A stretch of 27,229 nucleotides of DNA from a virus (taxonomy: Duplodnaviria; Heunggongvirae; Uroviricota; Caudoviricetes). The notes under the pieces are model-generated. The model worked only from the letters and a program-made list of their open reading frames with translations. It searched no databases and was not told the origin of the DNA. The DNA is taken from IMG/VR virus record IMGVR_UViG_3300027917_000030, one strand, 5' to 3'. Of this stretch, positions 23,541-27,229 are shown piece by piece (position 1 is the first letter of the stretch; every line of letters starts with the position of its first letter). Both the position numbers and the translations under genes were made by a program.

Positions 23541-23798
23541 TTAGGCAACCGCCCGAAACTCCAAGTAATTCCATTCGCCATCTTTCTGACAATCTCCCTT
23601 GTTATGCGTAACTGTCCAGCCTGCCGTCTCATATAGACTGATCAGCCGCTTGACAATTCTATCAGGAAGATGCTGCGGCAGTGAAACATGAACAAAATTT
23701 TCACCATTCCACTTTTCCTTTAACTTAAGATCAATCAGTGCCTCAAGTTTCACGCCCTCATTGCTCCAGTCTATAATATCCTTAGGTCGAACAACCAT
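23541..23798 (-). CDS. Hypothetical protein
   Basis: TAATG overlap; LYETAGWTV motif. Confidence 0.72.
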   Translation of the reverse strand: MVVRPKDIIDWSNEGVKLEALIDLKLKEKWNGENFVHVSLPQHLPDRIVKRLISLYETAGWTVTHNKGDCQKDGEWNYLEFRAVA

Positions 23799-24001
23799 TA
23801 CATCTCTCCTCTATAAGGTGTGCTGTCTGGCACTTTCCTTTCCAGCGTCCAGACAATTCTGGCGGTACATCGAGTGCTAAAACCGTTCGTAGAGATTACC
23901 TTAAATCCTTCCCTGGCTAAAGCATTAATCTCTTTTTCCACCACATCCGTGATCGAATTACTACTACTATTCTCTGCGACGACTACACGATATTGGAACA
24001 T
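23798..24001 (-). CDS. DUF4177-like small protein
   Basis: QYRVVV...VEKEINALAREGFKVI pattern; ends TPYRGEM. Confidence 0.7.
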   Translation of the reverse strand: MFQYRVVVAENSSSNSITDVVEKEINALAREGFKVISTNGFSTRCTARIVWTLERKVPDSTPYRGEM

Positions 24002-24213
24002 TATTTATATTCTGCCATTTCGCGAAGCCTATCTTCCATTTCCTGTTGAGTAATCTTCGGCGCACGGCGCGCTTTCCCAACCTTAACACAATAGTATGAA
24101 AAGGCAATTGCACATAAGTTAATTGGAATTACAAAGAAAAGTGTTGGCGGGAAAAGATTCCACACCAGCATAAGCGCATTTAAAATTACCAGAAACCAAC
24201 CAAGATATAACAT
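24001..24213 (-). CDS. Two-TM membrane protein
   Basis: Two hydrophobic segments; TAATG overlaps on both sides. Confidence 0.75.
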   Translation of the reverse strand: MLYLGWFLVILNALMLVWNLFPPTLFFVIPINLCAIAFSYYCVKVGKARRAPKITQQEMEDRLREMAEYK

Positions 24214-24401
24214 TACTTCAGTTCTTCATATCCTGCCTTAGCAGCCCTCTTTACCTTCTTCCCTACCTTCTCTACCTTATCCACACCGGCATTTACATCA
24301 TCGCGATGAGAGTCATAAAGCGTATACGCTCCAATCCCAGCCAGTACGAGAACCGACAGAACTACAACTTTACGAAACCAAGACTTCCTTCTACGAGCCA
24401 T
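24213..24401 (-). CDS. Membrane-anchored coiled-coil protein (paralog of 12664-12822)
   Basis: Basic N-terminus, TM, AGIGAYTLYDS, then helical tail. Confidence 0.75.
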   Translation of the reverse strand: MARRRKSWFRKVVVLSVLVLAGIGAYTLYDSHRDDVNAGVDKVEKVGKKVKRAAKAGYEELK

Positions 24402-25038
24402 TTCTTTCCTCTCTTTCTATGAGATATTGAGCAAAAGCGTTTAGTGTTTCCTGTGTATCGATATGGTAACTTTCCACGCCACCATGCCTCTTATCTTCAG
24501 GCAACTCTTCTCTAATAGCACGGATTTTCTCTTCAACTTCGTCGAAGGGCGCCGTACATATCAACTGATTATCATGGCGGATTTCGTATAATCTCTCCGA
24601 TGAATCATCAGGATCTGGAACTTCTTCAACCTCGAACCGATCCGCCAGCCATGGAGGTTCGGGCTTTATACCACCACAATGACCCGCAACCCTGAGTTCG
24701 TCGCCATGCCTTTCCCACAACTCCATGGCATCAGGATTGAAGATCTGCGCTGAAGACTTCTCGCACCTTGCCCGCCAGTAATACCAAGCCCTCTCGAATC
24801 TCCATCCGTGTAACCTACCAACAACCTTAAATATCCTTACATTTATTTTCTTGGCTTTTTGTACGAGTTCAGGGATATACATCCCGCTTCCCGCCAATTG
24901 TGCTGCCTCAGATTCTGGATCCAAGACCTCAATAACCTTGGCGGTTATATTATAATCAAGTATACACGCTTCCAGCAGTTCATCGATCTGCTGAAGAGTA
25001 GCCTCTTTTTTGTAAGGACCATCACCAAGGTTAATCAT
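24391..25038 (-). CDS. Hypothetical phage protein
   Basis: GWRFERAWYYWRA, RVAGHCGG..P, SYHIDTQE.L..F conserved-looking blocks. Confidence 0.8.
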   Translation of the reverse strand: MINLGDGPYKKEATLQQIDELLEACILDYNITAKVIEVLDPESEAAQLAGSGMYIPELVQKAKKINVRIFKVVGRLHGWRFERAWYYWRARCEKSSAQIFNPDAMELWERHGDELRVAGHCGGIKPEPPWLADRFEVEEVPDPDDSSERLYEIRHDNQLICTAPFDEVEEKIRAIREELPEDKRHGGVESYHIDTQETLNAFAQYLIEREERNGS

Positions 25039-25375
25039 CGATTATCTCACATTTCAATTCTGCCCTTTTTACTGGACAACTATCTTCGAACCGACGAAAG
25101 TCGAGCCACTCACTGCTATCATGACTAAATGCGAATCCTTGGCTGGCTACTCCAGCACTGTCTGTTCCTTTTTTGAAAAACCCATCAGCCCAGAATATTT
25201 CTCCGACTTTCAGATCGCCAAAGGTAAGTTGTTCCATTTCCTTGATTTTCTGAACCACTTCTCGAAACGCGGCATATCTACCAGCTTCTGGGATATTACG
25301 CTCAGCAAAATCTACCAGGTTCAGTACCTTGAAATTCAACCACTCTTTCAACTCTTCTATATTAAACTTCGCCAT
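25031..25375 (-). CDS. FxDLxVGE paralog family member 4
   Basis: IEELKEWL...LTFGDLKVGEIF...CPVKRA. Confidence 0.82.
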   Translation of the reverse strand: MAKFNIEELKEWLNFKVLNLVDFAERNIPEAGRYAAFREVVQKIKEMEQLTFGDLKVGEIFWADGFFKKGTDSAGVASQGFAFSHDSSEWLDFRRFEDSCPVKRAELKCEIIDD

Positions 25376-25736
25376 TATCTGTCCCCTTGAAATCTACATC
25401 CAGACGTACAACCCGCACGCTCCCAGAGAAACTAATATTTCTCCTCATCACTTCCCCTATATTATGATTATTAGGGCGAATAATGATGGAAGAATCCGTG
25501 CTATTCTTGAAACGAATACATGAGCGGTCTTTCATAAGTGCATAGAATTCCCCTACACTTAGATCGTCAAAAGTAAGGGGTAACATGGAATTAATCTTCT
25601 CCACTAATCTGCAAAGCGAGTTTCTCTCTCCCGACAGTGTAAACCTATAGCCGCCTGTTGCATGGTAGAGATCTTTCTCAATCTTTTCAATTTTCTCAAA
25701 AGCCCAGTCTTGTAATTCTATTAGATCTCCAGACAT
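25362..25736 (-). CDS. FxDLxVGE paralog family member 5
   Basis: Start reassigned to ATG 25736 (GGAGGAGG SD); LIELQDW...INSMLPLTFDDLSVGEFY...RFK...VVRL. Confidence 0.82.
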   Translation of the reverse strand: MSGDLIELQDWAFEKIEKIEKDLYHATGGYRFTLSGERNSLCRLVEKINSMLPLTFDDLSVGEFYALMKDRSCIRFKNSTDSSIIIRPNNHNIGEVMRRNISFSGSVRVVRLDVDFKGTDNGEV

Positions 25737-25942
25737 TCCTCCTCCTCCGCAGGACACTCTTCCAGCAGACAACTCTCTATATCTATGAGTGCCTCGTCAT
25801 ATTCCTCCACCGCCTCGTCATATCTGGACCAGATATTTAGAGGAACTGCGAACCCTTTGGAATCAAGAACATAGCGACCACGGTCAGTAGACCATTTTAC
25901 ATGAACTGGATCTGGTAACGGCTGGCAATCATTAATATCCAT
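25721..25942 (-). CDS. Hypothetical acidic protein
   Basis: AGGTGA SD; acidic C-terminus. Confidence 0.65.
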   Translation of the reverse strand: MDINDCQPLPDPVHVKWSTDRGRYVLDSKGFAVPLNIWSRYDEAVEEYDEALIDIESCLLEECPAEEEECLEI

Positions 25943-25945
25943 ATC

Positions 25946-26254
25946 TCACCTGTGCGGACCATCCATCGGCTCGTGACATTTAGCACAATGATAGTCGTAT
26001 CTTTTTTCTGGTTTCGGCTTCCAGAGTTTTATAGAAGGGAAATCTGCCAGTGCCCACGCTTTAATAAGCCCCTTTATGATGAAATACAATAAGGCTACAA
26101 CGGCAATTGGAGACGAGCAAATAAACCGAGATCCAAATTTTTGAGCCTTGTCGCGAGAATGGCCTACCTCATCCATACTCACTAGCATACTGACAAGGCC
26201 GATCACCAACCACGCTCCAGAAATAACTATAGGTAAAATAAAATACCAACTCAT
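25946..26254 (-). CDS. Two-TM membrane protein with C-terminal CxxC
   Basis: Two hydrophobic segments; CAKC; ends DGPHR. Confidence 0.75.
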   Translation of the reverse strand: MSWYFILPIVISGAWLVIGLVSMLVSMDEVGHSRDKAQKFGSRFICSSPIAVVALLYFIIKGLIKAWALADFPSIKLWKPKPEKRYDYHCAKCHEPMDGPHR

Positions 26255-26514
26255 TCGTCAACCTCCCAGATAACAGGAATGCTATGGGCAGGATCTTCAA
26301 TACGAGAAAACCTACACTTCTTGCCGAGCCAGTCGCCCGAATTAAGCATAATAACAGCCTGCTCCCAAGTGATTTCTCGCAAAAAAGTTCCCTTAGTTTT
26401 CAGGATCTCATTATACTCCTCAGTACAGGCAAACACTTCTCCTGGCCGATCCGAGCACACGAAGAAACTTTCCCCATCCAAAAGCCGAGGGATGTTCATT
26501 TCCATAGTTTTCAT
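26251..26514 (-). CDS. Hypothetical protein
   Basis: Start reassigned to ATG 26514 (ATGA overlap). Confidence 0.65.
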   Translation of the reverse strand: MKTMEMNIPRLLDGESFFVCSDRPGEVFACTEEYNEILKTKGTFLREITWEQAVIMLNSGDWLGKKCRFSRIEDPAHSIPVIWEVDE

Positions 26515-26762
26515 GAGAACATCTTGCTCCATTCCGCAGGGGTGGTATTGGAGATAAGGAACTCCCTCTGGTCGTCATTCAAATATGGGAAAGCATTCTG
26601 AGCCAACTCACCCATTTGCCATGCCTCCAAATCACCCACCCTCACATCTACACTGTAAGGCTTCTGTGTAATTGTACACTGTCTCCAGATTGACGCGGTT
26701 CCGTCGTCGTGCTTTTTAATAAAACGTCTATTATTTTGTGGTGCTGGTGTAGGAAACATCAT
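26511..26762 (-). CDS. Conserved small phage protein
   Basis: QNAFPYLNDDQREFLIS..TPAEW..MF pattern familiar from many phages. Confidence 0.8.
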   Translation of the reverse strand: MMFPTPAPQNNRRFIKKHDDGTASIWRQCTITQKPYSVDVRVGDLEAWQMGELAQNAFPYLNDDQREFLISNTTPAEWSKMFS

Positions 26763-26768
26763 CCCTCC

Positions 26769-27092
26769 TTATTGAAGAATTCCAGAGTAAACAGAATCAC
26801 ACCTCTCGTCTCCAACCTGGATAGTCTCAATAATCAGAAGTTCAAGACTGTCTGGCATAACATGGAGAGCATGGCGTGCTTGAAAATGTCTGCCAAAATT
26901 TTGTTCGTCAATTCGTTGGAGTTCATGCCAACCAAGATCCAAATTGGCCACCGAGATCTGCATAGGACGCTGCTCGACAGCATGCGAGCAATCGTTTATA
27001 ATAAGTTTAGGCGTGACCGAAAAGGTCATATCACCACCACAGCCAACAAACATTAAAGCCATTAGACAAATTAGATTTCTCACTTTATACAC
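26769..27092 (-). CDS. Putative lipoprotein
   Basis: LICLMALMFVG-C lipobox; GTG start at 27092 or 27083. Confidence 0.7.
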   Translation of the reverse strand: MYKVRNLICLMALMFVGCGGDMTFSVTPKLIINDCSHAVEQRPMQISVANLDLGWHELQRIDEQNFGRHFQARHALHVMPDSLELLIIETIQVGDERCDSVYSGILQ

Positions 27093-27229
27093 CCCACGGA
27101 GCTTCAGGCATTACAAGCGGTTGAATGATGTGTCTTACAATACTGTTGCCGTATTCTTTTGAGATCCATTCTACGGCCTCTTCTTGGGAATCGAATAAAC
27201 ACTGGCGACCATGATCCGGACCATCGTTT
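27085..27229 (-). CDS. Partial CDS (5' end outside window), paralog of 1591-1797
   Basis: Hand-translated ...NDGPDHGRQCLFDSQEEAVEWISKEYGNSIVRHIIQPLVMPEAPWGV-stop. Confidence 0.65.
   Translation of the reverse strand, partial: NDGPDHGRQCLFDSQEEAVEWISKEYGNSIVRHIIQPLVMPEAPWGV

Noticed and set aside
1-27229. Alternative genetic code (stop-codon reassignment seen in some large phages)
   Set aside because: Standard-code ORFs tile densely, and TAA, TAG and TGA all end genes at start/stop overlaps; no enzymes appear fragmented.

Overview
About 27 kb of a densely packed, single-strand (all minus) gene array of roughly 70 mostly small CDSs. It reads in the standard genetic code, with GGAG/GAGG ribosome-binding sites and many overlapping start/stop codons. 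There are no virion, packaging or core replication genes, no tRNA, no CRISPR array and no transposase. This is most consistent with the accessory or early (host-takeover) region of a large tailed dsDNA phage; that assignment is inference. Recognisable enzymes: two ATP-dependent RNA ligases of different subfamilies, a radical SAM enzyme coupled to a class II aldolase-like protein, a membrane-anchored matrixin-type protease, a GHKL ATPase with a C-terminal HExxH, a Zn-dependent cytidine/dCMP deaminase, a Rossmann methyltransferase, a Ser/Thr kinase-like protein, a histidine phosphatase and an SdrD-B-domain lipoprotein. Best leads: (1) an insulated, strongly codon-biased cassette of two tandem ~100-aa paralogs with its own sigma70-like promoter, long leader and hairpins (10.6-11.5 kb); (2) a five-member paralog family with an FxDLxVGExF motif in two clusters; (3) a predicted H-type RNA pseudoknot at 20282-20331; (4) a Zn-ribbon protein ending in an SSB-like tail (EEEEIPF); (5) the radical SAM/aldolase pair. 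All family assignments are by eye from motifs; no database searches were run.
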